Shown in pieces: positions 28,375-37,089 of a stretch of DNA of 64,000 bases (its first letter is position 1; each line of letters opens with the position of its first letter). The DNA lies in assembly GCA_963826935.1 (NCBI GenBank), contig CAWGYH010000005.1, positions 388,981 to 452,980 on the forward strand. Reading direction: 5' to 3'. Both the position numbers and the translations under genes were made by a program. Source of the DNA: an uncultured Chlamydiales bacterium. Its GTDB lineage: Bacteria; Chlamydiota; Chlamydiia; Chlamydiales; FEN-1388. Below the pieces are notes generated by a model, which did no database searches, was not told the DNA's origin, and saw nothing but the letters and a program-made list of their open reading frames with translations.

Positions 28375-28842
28375 TTATATCTCTTCAGGAAGATTTTTTG
28401 GGTGAAGCCAAACAGCAATAAGCTCTTCTCGGTTTATTGTAGCAACGGAGTTGGGAGCAAATTCAATAAGTAGTTTATCTTTTGTCTCTGGATTTCCGAG
28501 ACAGACCCATCCTTCTTTCCTATTTATATAAATTGGCCATCTACGATCTTCATTTAATCTGTAGGAGATGCCTAAGACGGGTGGTTTATCTAGTAAAGCC
28601 ACTAGACTACCAGCTTTATAACCGTAAGGAAATTGATCTGTTTTTTTGTATGCTATTAATGGACATAAGCCCCATGCATACATGATTTTTCCTTCGTGAT
28701 CTATTTCTAATTGCAGGTCGTTAATCATAATCGATGAATCTCCACTTCCATTGAGTGGCTCTACATCGAATGAAAAATCTTCAGCTTGATAAACGAGAGA
28801 AAAAAATAGGTCATTTTGTGGCTCTTGAATGGTAAATTTCAT
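28375..28842 (-). CDS. Hypothetical protein in immunity-gene position downstream of the Rhs stub
   Basis: 155-aa ORF starting 21 nt after the stub stop. No recognised motif. Confidence 0.5.
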   Translation of the reverse strand: MKFTIQEPQNDLFFSLVYQAEDFSFDVEPLNGSGDSSIMINDLQLEIDHEGKIMYAWGLCPLIAYKKTDQFPYGYKAGSLVALLDKPPVLGISYRLNEDRRWPIYINRKEGWVCLGNPETKDKLLIEFAPNSVATINREELIAVWLHPKNLPEEI

Positions 28843-28863
28843 GTGCGGTCTAGATAGTCTCTC

Positions 28864-29358
28864 CTATTCAAGAGGGTGATCTGAGTCATCGCTGCTTGCC
28901 TGAAAGTCGTTGTCAAAAGCAAGGGCCCCAAGGGAGTCCGGGCAAAACATAGCCTGGTAGGCGTGAGTTACCTCTAAGGGACATAAGTATGGCACTTCAT
29001 TTGTAGCAAGATCCTTCTTTACATACTTGATGCGAGCAGGTTCAAACACTTCTAAGAAATGATGGTGCAAAAAGTTCCAGCCGTTGCGTAAGTTGCCCTC
29101 TTCAAGGCTTGAGCTTGCGTAGCAATGGCCAAGGACATATGCGTCTGGACCGCCTGAGACAATGTCGTCAGAGTTATATTCGCAAAAATCCCCTGTAATT
29201 ACGTTTACGCAGCCATTTACGACGGCTGACGGAAGGGATGTAAGGTTAACAAGTGAGGGGACAGCGTTGTCATCTACTTCTGAGGGTATTGCATGACGTT
29301 CGGCTGCAAGGGGTTGCAGTAGATAAATCGAGAGTAAAAATATGACGACTCTATACAT
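28864..29358 (-). pseudogene. Rhs N-terminal stub (signal peptide + first 164 codons), a duplicate of the rhs1 5' end
   Basis: Nearly identical by eye (about 10 differences in 164 aa) to the first 164 aa of 48031-53757. Similarity ends exactly at ...DHPLE, where TAT in rhs1 is TAG here. More than 100 nt of upstream DNA (ggtgtcacctaatatcgttattacttaagtattaagcaagga...) is also duplicated. Confidence 0.85.
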
Positions 29359-29524
29359 GGTGTCACCTAATATCGTTATTACTTAAGTATTAAGCAAGGA
29401 GCAGATGCGATAAGGACTGCAGTGTCGATAGGTGTAGGGTTAATTCATACAAAAGACGGGTAATTTTTGCAATGTAAAAATAAATCTGAGTAAAGCCTTA
29501 AAGATTCTTAAGATTTTTAAGGCG

Positions 29525-29657
29525 AAGCTTTTTGGAGTGACTCACATAAGTTGAGTCTTTCTCTAGGCCGATTTATCGGCCGTCTGTGTGTGCAAAACGG
29601 CCGATAAATTGGCCTTAAAGAAAGACTCAACTTATATGAGTCACTCCAAAGAGCTTC
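29525..29657. repeat. ~130-bp near-perfect hairpin
   Basis: gaagctttttggagtgactcacataagttgagtctttct.taggccgatttatcggccg is mirrored by cggccgataaattggcc.taaagaaagactcaacttatatgagtcactccaaagagcttc. Confidence 0.85.
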
Positions 29658-29862
29658 ACTCATTTTTTATGCAAATGACGCCAATGTCCAAACTCCAGGC
29701 ACTCTGAAGGCGTATGTTATAGTAAAAATTAAATTATCAAATGTTCACTTGGATTGCTCATAATTGAGAGAGTCGTTCATCCAAAGCATGTGTTACATGC
29801 TTTGCGTGGGAGATAGGACAGGCAGCTTAATAAACTGCCTGTCCATGGTTTGAATTGAATTA

Positions 29863-30357
29863 TTACTGTTTTTGTGCCCTTTCAGCTTTTTGCGCAGGGT
29901 TGGTTTGTTCTAAGTGTCTTATTAATGTTATTAGATTACCCCTAAAATTTTCAAAAGAGGTTGCAAGAACAGGGGATTGTGCTTCAATGTGCTCTGCTAA
30001 AGCTGTTGCCTCTTGTAGATCAGAAGAGTATGCCCGTTCTGCATCTATTCTAGTTACTGCCATAGTTATAGATTTTGCTAGATTATTAGTAGCTGTATGC
30101 AGCCCTTCTACTGTGTCTAGCAAAGCGGTACTATTGATAACAAGATTGTCAATTCTTGCATCTTGCACTTCAGGTTTGGCATCTTGAGGAAGAGCTTCAC
30201 CTTCGACAACGAGTTGATTAACTCGTGCCTGTGTACTATTTTCCTCGGGCAACGCAGCCGAAAGGGGATTAGCGGATTTTTCTGAAGAGCCCGTTGGCTC
30301 ATTTGCTAGGCGATAGCCCTGTAAAACACCACGTACTGGATCTAAATAACCACTCAT
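29863..30357 (-). CDS. Hypothetical protein (164 aa)
   Basis: RBS aggagg, then ATG 30357. It is helical and Ala/Glu/Gln-rich. The overlapping + strand ORF 29855-30187 lacks an RBS. Confidence 0.5.
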   Translation of the reverse strand: MSGYLDPVRGVLQGYRLANEPTGSSEKSANPLSAALPEENSTQARVNQLVVEGEALPQDAKPEVQDARIDNLVINSTALLDTVEGLHTATNNLAKSITMAVTRIDAERAYSSDLQEATALAEHIEAQSPVLATSFENFRGNLITLIRHLEQTNPAQKAERAQKQ

Positions 30358-30543
30358 ATACAACCTCCTAATTATTAAATAATATTAACAAAATCGCAAT
30401 AAGTTTGTAGCAATGATATAGAACCTTGATATTGTTTACAACAAAATAAATTTGTAATAAAAAGAAGTTGAAAAAATCAATAGCATTTTACTTTACACTT
30501 TACATTCTTCTCTGAATTATTAGCTAAGACGCAAATCGGCGTT

Positions 30544-30825
30544 TTGCCACAAGAAATACCGTCTGCGCTCAGAAAAACGATTGAAGAAAAACTCCTTATA
30601 CTCGAACAGCTTATCCAAACTCCAAATGAACTTCTTAAGCTCTTCCGAGAAAAAGAATATGACAAACTTTCTCAAAGATTAAAAAGATTATCACTCGAGA
30701 TTCATCCTGATACTGTACAAAAAAAAGGCGGCACTACAGAAGAGATCCAAAGAGCCGCCGACAACTTTAGTGAAATCCTGCAGCCGCTTCGTGATTCTCT
30801 TTCCAAATTTCGGAATGTTTGTTAG
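30544..30825 (+). CDS. Possible small J-domain-like protein
   Basis: KLSQRLKRLSLEIHPDTVQKKGGTTEEIQRAADNFSEILQPL contains HPD in a J-domain-like context. The only start is TTG and no RBS is evident. Confidence 0.3.
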   Translation: MPQEIPSALRKTIEEKLLILEQLIQTPNELLKLFREKEYDKLSQRLKRLSLEIHPDTVQKKGGTTEEIQRAADNFSEILQPLRDSLSKFRNVC

Positions 30826-30851
30826 TGAGATCTAAGTTGAGGTGACCGGCC

Positions 30852-32198
30852 TCATTCGTGGGAGGGGTAGAGTTTTTTTAGTGCAGCAAGGTGTCTTGCA
30901 ATGAACTTGCTATTAGGTTCAGATATTTGGGCTTTTTTAAAACACGCATAGGCTTTTGCATAATCTGGCTTTTCGCCTTCGACACCTAAAAAGTAAATTT
31001 CCCCAAGGATTGATAAGAGATAGCCATAATCTGGAAGAATCGAGACGGCCTTTTCTAAAAGGGCACGGGCTTTTTTCATATCCTCACAAACACCCTTTCC
31101 GCCAAGCCGAAGGAGATCACCATAATGTGTCAAGGCGTAAGGATTTTCAGGTTCAAGTGCAAGCGCCTCCTCTAGAAGTTCTTGAGCGCGACGTTCGTCA
31201 AGGATAGGATCATAATTTAAGAGCGCTTGTGCAAGTCTAATCTTTACGGCGACAGAATCATCAAAAAACTGAAGTTTTTCTAAAAGCTCTAAACCTCGTT
31301 GAGGGTCTTGTGAAACGCCCTCAAAGTTCCCGAGCAAAAGTCGAGCAAGACCATCGAGGGTAATAGGATTATCTTTTTCAAACTGATAAGAGGCTTCAAA
31401 GAGTTCCCATGAGCGTTTTGGATCATAGGGTATTCCATCTTCTTTGCGGACTAAAAGATCTGCAAGTCCAGCCATAACAAAAGGATCGGAGGGATCAAGC
31501 TCGTAGGCTTTACTTAATAATCTATAGGCCTGCTTTGCATCTCGGGGAAAGTTTGTAGCTCCTGTTCGGTATAAGTCGCCCAGGGAAAAATGAGGTGCTG
31601 GATCTTCTGGGTCTATAGCTATACCACGCTGTAGATAATGGTATGCAGCGCGAGCGTCTTTTGGAACTTCTGGGGCGCCTTTACGTAAAATCTCGCCAAG
31701 TTGGGCAAGCACAAACTCATAGTCAGGCTTACATCGAATAGCCTCCAAATAGTACTCATAGGCCTTTTTAGTGTTTCCAGATGAAAGAGAAATCGTCCCA
31801 AGTCTTGAATAGGCGTATGCATACCCAGGAGCAATTTCAAGTGCGCGATGAAATAAGGATATAGTGCGTGCTTCGTCTTGTCCAATCGCCTTTCCGCGGG
31901 GGTCCCAATAGGTAAGATCTGCAAAGATAACAAAAGCTTGGAGGTTATCTCTACAGGGTGCTAAAAATGGTTTATTGAAGATAAATTCCTGCTGAATCAT
32001 TCGCAGAAGGTCATAAAGGCATGCAAGCTCTCTATTTCTTGCCCAATCAGGAATTCGTTCAATTTCGATGAGATAGTTCAGGATGTCACTTTCAAGGTCT
32101 TCAGAGTTCTTGAGATTTAGGGCGATATCCGTAACGGAAATTTTCTCCCCCAAAAGTGCATATAGGTCATCGCTGTATACATTTTCATCTATAGACAT
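30852..32198 (-). CDS. TPR / Sel1-like repeat protein
   Basis: 448 aa with ~10 tandem ~36-40 aa helical repeats (A..yy..Ai...Pd...a...LG.ly..G...vp.D...A). Confidence 0.7.
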   Translation of the reverse strand: MSIDENVYSDDLYALLGEKISVTDIALNLKNSEDLESDILNYLIEIERIPDWARNRELACLYDLLRMIQQEFIFNKPFLAPCRDNLQAFVIFADLTYWDPRGKAIGQDEARTISLFHRALEIAPGYAYAYSRLGTISLSSGNTKKAYEYYLEAIRCKPDYEFVLAQLGEILRKGAPEVPKDARAAYHYLQRGIAIDPEDPAPHFSLGDLYRTGATNFPRDAKQAYRLLSKAYELDPSDPFVMAGLADLLVRKEDGIPYDPKRSWELFEASYQFEKDNPITLDGLARLLLGNFEGVSQDPQRGLELLEKLQFFDDSVAVKIRLAQALLNYDPILDERRAQELLEEALALEPENPYALTHYGDLLRLGGKGVCEDMKKARALLEKAVSILPDYGYLLSILGEIYFLGVEGEKPDYAKAYACFKKAQISEPNSKFIARHLAALKKLYPSHE

Positions 32199-32403
32199 GG
32201 TTTAAGAGTGCCACATAAGCACATGAAAGTCAACTTTGAGGTAGCTTGAATATTAGAGCTCCTTTAGGATGGTTAAGAAATTGGTGTCGAGATTAGTGTC
32301 GGGTCTAATATTCTGACATCCACAAATTATGCTTCACAATATTGCCTGAGGACGCTTTTCACTTCCTCTCATGTATCGTTTTTAAAGTTTAAGAAAATGC
32401 CCA

Positions 32404-32433
32404 TTGACAATTTAGTGCATTATGCACTAAAAG
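32404..32433 (+). promoter_or_regulatory. Putative promoter with an embedded perfect 19-bp palindromic operator
   Basis: TTGACA (32404-32409), an 18-nt spacer, then TAAAAG (32428-32433). TTAGTGCAT-T-ATGCACTAA (32412-32430) is a perfect 9+1+9 inverted repeat filling the spacer. Confidence 0.5.
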
Positions 32434-32437
32434 TGTT

Positions 32438-32532
32438 GGTGTTGGGCCGAAGTATCTTGGTTCTCGAATATCACTCGGGTGTCTCCGACATTTGTTGGGG
32501 CCCTACCAAGATACAGTTATACGCCCAACAAT
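32438..32532 (+). ncRNA. Y-RNA-like ncRNA candidate 1
   Basis: The terminal stem GTTGGGC (32441-47) pairs with GCCCAAC (32523-29). An asymmetric internal loop (CGAA vs AGTTATAC) follows. The inner stem GTATCTTGGT (32452-61) pairs with ACCAAGATAC (32505-14). A 43-nt internal module closes the structure. The 5' end TGGGCCGAAG resembles the vertebrate Y RNA 5' end GGCUGGUCCGAAG (from memory). It lies directly upstream of rsr. Confidence 0.6.
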
Positions 32533-32545
32533 TATTATGCGTTTC

Positions 32546-32640
32546 GGCTGGGCCGGAACAGATGGTTTATCGGAATTTGAAAGCTCCATCCAATGGAGCT
32601 CAAGTCAACCATTTGTAACTACTATGCCCAGCCATTTTTT
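32546..32640 (+). ncRNA. Y-RNA-like ncRNA candidate 2
   Basis: The terminal stem GGCTGGGC (32546-53) pairs with GCCCAGCC (32626-33) and is followed by A+T6. An internal loop (CGGAA vs TAACTACTAT) follows. The inner stem CAGATGGTT (32559-67) pairs with AACCATTTG (32607-15). An internal hairpin agctccat-ccaa-tggagct is present. The architecture matches candidate 1. Confidence 0.6.
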
Positions 32641-32654
32641 AAGGAGCGTTAATT

Positions 32655-34262
32655 ATGAGCTATACTAAAATTTCAAGCCTATTAGAACATCTAAAATGGC
32701 TCAAGCCACAACCTACCCCCTTGCCAAATCAGATAGCCAATAACGCGGGTGGCTATTATTACAAAATCGATGAATGGGACCAATTAGACCGTTTTCTTAT
32801 TCTTGGAAGTGAATTGGGAACATACTATGTAGCACCTGTAAAATTGACATTAGATAATACACAAGTGATTCAAAACTTGTTACGTATAGATGGAATAAGA
32901 GTTGTAAATAGAATAGTTGAAGTTAGCGCCGCCAATCGAGCACCAAAAAACGATTCAGCGCTTTTTGCTCTAGCCTTAGCTGCCTCTTGCGAAGATCTTA
33001 AAACGCGACAGGCTGCACTATTAGCGCTTCCCAAGGTAGCACGTACAGGAACCTATCTTTTACAATTTGCAGAATATATAAATAATTTACGTGGATGGGG
33101 CCGATCTTTACGCAAGGCGATAGCTAATTGGTTTCTTAATATGCCAGTAGAAGACCTTAGCTTACAGGCTGTTAAATATTATAAACGCGAAGGGTGGTCA
33201 TTATGTGATTTATTGCGTCTATCGCACCCTAAGTGCAAAGAGGATGAAGAGAGACGCGCACTATTTCAATGGATAGTAAAACCAGAAGATGCAACTGCTA
33301 TCAAAAACGCAAGAAGCTTACGTTTAATCGATGGAAAGTACTGTGCCAAAGATGCAACCACAAATCTTGAGATGGCAAATATTGTGCGAAAATATTCACT
33401 ACCTCGAGAAGCGCTGCCCACACCAGCTCTTAACAGCCCAGAAGTATGGGATGCGCTGCTTGTTGACATGCCAATGACAGCAATGATTCGCAATCTTGGC
33501 AAAATGACTAAAGTTGGCTTATTGCAACCTTTTGGCGCGGCGTCTGATTATGTAGCAAAGAGATTACATGACAAAGAACAACTACGCTATGCGCGAATAA
33601 GCCCTTTCCAGCTTTTGCTAGCTCTTCGAGTATATGCTCGTGGTTCTGGGGAGCTAGGCTCGTTGCAATGGACACCAGTAGCCTCTATAGTGCAAGCTCT
33701 TGATAAAGCGTTTGAATCCTCATTTGCTGATGTCAAACCAACAAACAAGCGAATACTTGTAGGTATTGACGTCTCTGGTTCAATGTGTTCTAGTACATGT
33801 GCAGGATCTCCAATTCTTCGCCCTGTTGAAGCTGCAGCTGCAGTGGCCACATTTTTTGTTCGCACCGAAACAAGAGCGCATGTTATGGCATTTGATACTC
33901 AAGCGTATGAGTTTGCCATCACACCAAATCAGCGGCTTGATGATATTACAGAAGCATGTAAACGTTGGGGAGGAGGGACAAATCTTGCCTTGCCAATTAC
34001 CTATGCCATTGAACGCCGTTTAGAAGTCGATGCTTTTGTCATCTTGACTGACAATGAAACTTGGGCTGGCAATCGACATGCTGTTCAGGCTTTAGATGAG
34101 TATCGTCAGCGTATCAACCCCGAAGTAAAGCTTGTAGTAATGGCAACAGCTGCAAATGAAGGTGCGGTATGCGATCCACGTGATCCTCTCTCGTTGGGCA
34201 TTGCTGGATTTGATGCAGCTGCACCCCAAGTTGTTTTAGAGTTCATAAAGGGATCTTGCTAA
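32655..34262 (+). CDS. rsr: Ro60 ortholog (TROVE domain + C-terminal vWA)
   Basis: RBS aaggag. The N-terminal region NNAGGYYYKIDEWDQLDRFLILGSE.GTYY and ...VSAANRAPKNDSALFALALAA are TROVE-like. The vWA MIDAS motif is VGIDVSGSM, followed later by GGGTN...ILTDNETW. Confidence 0.85.
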   Translation: MSYTKISSLLEHLKWLKPQPTPLPNQIANNAGGYYYKIDEWDQLDRFLILGSELGTYYVAPVKLTLDNTQVIQNLLRIDGIRVVNRIVEVSAANRAPKNDSALFALALAASCEDLKTRQAALLALPKVARTGTYLLQFAEYINNLRGWGRSLRKAIANWFLNMPVEDLSLQAVKYYKREGWSLCDLLRLSHPKCKEDEERRALFQWIVKPEDATAIKNARSLRLIDGKYCAKDATTNLEMANIVRKYSLPREALPTPALNSPEVWDALLVDMPMTAMIRNLGKMTKVGLLQPFGAASDYVAKRLHDKEQLRYARISPFQLLLALRVYARGSGELGSLQWTPVASIVQALDKAFESSFADVKPTNKRILVGIDVSGSMCSSTCAGSPILRPVEAAAAVATFFVRTETRAHVMAFDTQAYEFAITPNQRLDDITEACKRWGGGTNLALPITYAIERRLEVDAFVILTDNETWAGNRHAVQALDEYRQRINPEVKLVVMATAANEGAVCDPRDPLSLGIAGFDAAAPQVVLEFIKGSC

Positions 34263-34267
34263 TAGGA

Positions 34268-34501
34268 ATGACCCCTGATGAACTTAAGATAATCGGTGAG
34301 AAATTATTTGGATCTTGGGGTTGGCAAACAAAATTAGCCAAAGCCTTACGAGTTGACGGCAGCACTGTGCGTCGCTGGATTTCTGGCACAACAACGATTC
34401 CTGGGCCTGTAACCGTGGCCCTTGAGTTACTTTTACAAAGGGAAGAGTATGACACCAAAAGAGTTTCATCAACTACTTCAGACATCTCAAGTGAGGCATA
34501 A
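34268..34501 (+). CDS. Small XRE-like helix-turn-helix protein
   Basis: MTPDELKIIGEKLFGSWGWQTKLAKALRVDGSTVRRWISGTTTIPGPVTVALELL is a typical HTH (..aLgvs..TVrRWesG...ip.p). It overlaps the rsr stop region and the predicted rtcB start. Confidence 0.55.
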   Translation: MTPDELKIIGEKLFGSWGWQTKLAKALRVDGSTVRRWISGTTTIPGPVTVALELLLQREEYDTKRVSSTTSDISSEA

Positions 34502-35864
34502 GGAGTTTGAAGACGCTTGGAAGGTATATAAAAGTGAAGGCCCTGAAGCTGCGATCACTTTTGTAAAAAACATCCAAGAGGCTCTTGCTACCTTACGAAA
34601 TACTGCACGCTTACATGAAACACCTGTTTCATATCAGGTCTATGGCCGTGAGTGCATCGATGAAGGCGCCATTAAACAAATGAACGGAGCAATGCGCCTT
34701 CCTGTTGCCCTTGCAGGATCTTTGATGCCTGATGCGCATCACGGATATGGATTACCTATAGGGGGAGTGTTGGCAACAGAAAATGCCGTTGTCCCGTACG
34801 CTGTTGGAGTGGATATAGCTTGTCGTATGATGCTTACTGTCTACCCCGCTGAAGGAAAAATGCTCCAAATGCAAAATTCACCTGAATTTCAGCATTTAAA
34901 GAAAGCTTTGATTGACAATACGCTGTTTGGAGCAGGTGGTAATGGTGTTCATGAGGGTAAGATAGATCACCCCATTCTTGATGAGTCACACTGGAAAAGT
35001 ACTCCCTTACTTTGGTCTCTACGCTTTACAGCAACTCGTCAAATAGGGACAAGTGGAACCGGCAATCACTTTGTGGAGTGGGGGGAACTTGATATAGTAG
35101 AAGAGAATAATCCTCTAAAACTAAAGATAGGAAAATACCTAGCCTTGCTGTCACACAGTGGATCCCGCGGGGTGGGGTTCAAGATAGCAGATTACTATAC
35201 AAAACTTGCAATGAGTCAATTATCCACTCTTGATGATGAGGTAAAGCACCTTGCATGGTTAGGATTAGATACAGAAGCCGGGCAAGAATATTGGGAAGCT
35301 ATGGATCTTGCGGGTCGATTTGCCTCAGCAAATCACCACGTCATCCATGAACGCATCGCTCGTGCAGCTGGATTAACTCCAATTGCCACCGTAGAAAATC
35401 ACCATAATTTCGCATGGCGTGAAAAGATTATGGTAAACGATTGTGAGGTAGAAGCCATAGTCCACCGAAAGGGAGCAACACCTGCAGGGCAAGGAGTTCT
35501 GGGGGTGATTCCTGGAACAATGGCAGACCTTGGGTATGTAGTAGTTGGCAAGGGCTGTAAAGAATCATTACAGTCAGCATCTCATGGCTCGGGTCGCAAG
35601 ATGAGCCGTACTAATGCAATAAAAACAATTACGCAAGAGCAGCATAACGAATATCTTGCAAAGCACGGAATCACGCTCATTGGCGGCGGCCTAGATGAAT
35701 CTCCAGAAGCCTATAAACCAATTACAAAGGTGATCGAAGCTCAACGTGAACTTGTTGATATCATAGGCAGTTTCCAGCCGCGCATAGTTCGCATGGCCGA
35801 TGATTCAGCAAAAAGATCTTTTAAGCCAGCGCCAGCAGGTGTTGTAGATGCTGAAGGGGATTAG
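34449..35864 (+). CDS. rtcB: RNA 3'-phosphate/2',3'-cyclic-phosphate to 5'-OH ligase RtcB
   Basis: MPDAHHGYGLPIGGV, GVDIACRM, GTSGTGNHF, SHSGSRGVG, NHHNFAW, HRKGATP, IPG.M and SASHGSGR motifs. The start is placed at ATG 34449 (RBS gggaagag); the track ORF starts at 34422. Confidence 0.9.
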   Translation: MTPKEFHQLLQTSQVRHKEFEDAWKVYKSEGPEAAITFVKNIQEALATLRNTARLHETPVSYQVYGRECIDEGAIKQMNGAMRLPVALAGSLMPDAHHGYGLPIGGVLATENAVVPYAVGVDIACRMMLTVYPAEGKMLQMQNSPEFQHLKKALIDNTLFGAGGNGVHEGKIDHPILDESHWKSTPLLWSLRFTATRQIGTSGTGNHFVEWGELDIVEENNPLKLKIGKYLALLSHSGSRGVGFKIADYYTKLAMSQLSTLDDEVKHLAWLGLDTEAGQEYWEAMDLAGRFASANHHVIHERIARAAGLTPIATVENHHNFAWREKIMVNDCEVEAIVHRKGATPAGQGVLGVIPGTMADLGYVVVGKGCKESLQSASHGSGRKMSRTNAIKTITQEQHNEYLAKHGITLIGGGLDESPEAYKPITKVIEAQRELVDIIGSFQPRIVRMADDSAKRSFKPAPAGVVDAEGD

Positions 35865-35893
35865 GGGGCCATGATTTTTAAGAAGGTGATGCT

Positions 35894-36682
35894 ATGCAGA
35901 AAGTAATCAAAATAGGAATTGCCGCGATTTTGTGCCTTAGCGCAATTATTGCAGTATTAAGCCTTCCTCCAATGGCGCAGGATGAAGCATACCATAATTT
36001 TGCAGATACACGAACGATGTTTAGGGTACACTATTTCTGCGATGTGGTAAGCAACTTTTTATTTATCCTATTTGGGATCATGGGACTTCAATACTTGCAG
36101 GGAGGAAGAAAAGTGTTTCTAGGCATACCAAGCCCCGTCGAATGGTGGCTGTGGGTCATATTTTTCCTGGGGGCCATTTTGATAGGGTTAGGCTCAGGCT
36201 ATTACCACTTAAATCCAAATAACAACACACTTGTATGGGATAGACTGCCTATGACCATTTCTTTTATGTCTCTGTTCTCAATTGTTATTTCAGAGCGCTT
36301 TGGGGCAAAATTGGGCGTACTCCTTGCTCCTCTTCTACTTACGATTGGTATTGGCAGTGTGCTTTTTTGGGATTATACAGAATCTTTGGGAAAAGGGGAT
36401 TTACGCCCATATATCTTGGTCCAGTTTCTTCCTCTTATTATCATCCCCTTGATTTTATGGCTTTTTCCAAACCCGGTTCAAGGCTTGCGTTACCTTTGCT
36501 ATACTCTTTGCTGGTACGTGCTTGCCAAAGTGTTTGAACATTTTGACAATGTAATATTTTCTCTTACATATAACATTGTTAGTGGCCACACGCTCAAGCA
36601 CCTTGCGGCTGCAATGGGGGTATATTCCATGCTGCTTTATGTAAACGCAAAACGTATCTACATTCATCGTTACAATGTTTAG
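35894..36682 (+). CDS. Alkaline-ceramidase-like (YPC1/YDC1 superfamily) 7-TM membrane protein
   Basis: YHNFADTR...DVVSNFLFILFG, GSGYYHLNP.N..LVWDRLPM and GHTLKHL motifs resemble the bacterial ceramidase-like family (from memory). Confidence 0.5.
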   Translation: MQKVIKIGIAAILCLSAIIAVLSLPPMAQDEAYHNFADTRTMFRVHYFCDVVSNFLFILFGIMGLQYLQGGRKVFLGIPSPVEWWLWVIFFLGAILIGLGSGYYHLNPNNNTLVWDRLPMTISFMSLFSIVISERFGAKLGVLLAPLLLTIGIGSVLFWDYTESLGKGDLRPYILVQFLPLIIIPLILWLFPNPVQGLRYLCYTLCWYVLAKVFEHFDNVIFSLTYNIVSGHTLKHLAAAMGVYSMLLYVNAKRIYIHRYNV

Positions 36683-36774
36683 TTTGGTCGAATGATTTTA
36701 AGATGGTCCTGAGTGTAATAGATTTCACCTTTTTGACCAATAATCAGACGTTGTGGTCCAACTGTTCTAGAACC

Positions 36775-37079
36775 CTACTTATCGACAATCAATTCCTTAA
36801 GTGGCAGCCAGTAACTTTCATCGAAACTCATATCCATACCTATTTTTCACTCAATTCGTATGATTCCTTTGAAATGGGTGAGCCGTATTCATAAAGTTGC
36901 ACACAAATAGTCTCGTACGCCTCGCCTGATTCTCCGCAGCGGATTAAATCAGCTATATATACAATATCATGGTCTTCTAGTCCTGATTTATTCATCTCAA
37001 ATAGACGTCTCACCATTTTTTCAAAAGAATCATCTTTTAGTAGCTCTTTCATAAAATCTGTCAGCCTATATTGAAACAA
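36775..37079 (-). pseudogene. MafI-like immunity gene, type A, interrupted at a homopolymer
   Basis: The ORF 36840-37079 stops after ...ESYELSEK. The -1 frame continues as KIGMDMSFDESYWLPLKELIVDK* to 36775. The switch lies in the T5 run 36843-36847 (A5 on the coding strand). Confidence 0.7.
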
Positions 37080-37089
37080 TAACTATCAG

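Noticed and set aside
29855-30187. 110-aa plus-strand ORF overlapping 29863-30357
   Set aside because: The minus-strand gene has an aggagg RBS and a start context shared with neighbouring accessory genes. The plus-strand ORF is Cys/Ser/Ala-rich shadow sequence.
21375-30363. The recurrent MYMS.. N-termini and the AGGAG-N-TATATG start context of several accessory genes, considered as a shared regulatory or secretion signal
   Set aside because: The upstream ATG/GTG overlaps the RBS, so the true starts are the second ATG. A tatATG context also occurs at core genes (gyrB, 15831), so it looks like the general initiation context of this genome.
32397-32618. 73-aa ORF upstream of rsr
   Set aside because: It spans the promoter palindrome and both Y-RNA-like stems. 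The paired-end architecture and the T6 tract explain the sequence better than coding does.
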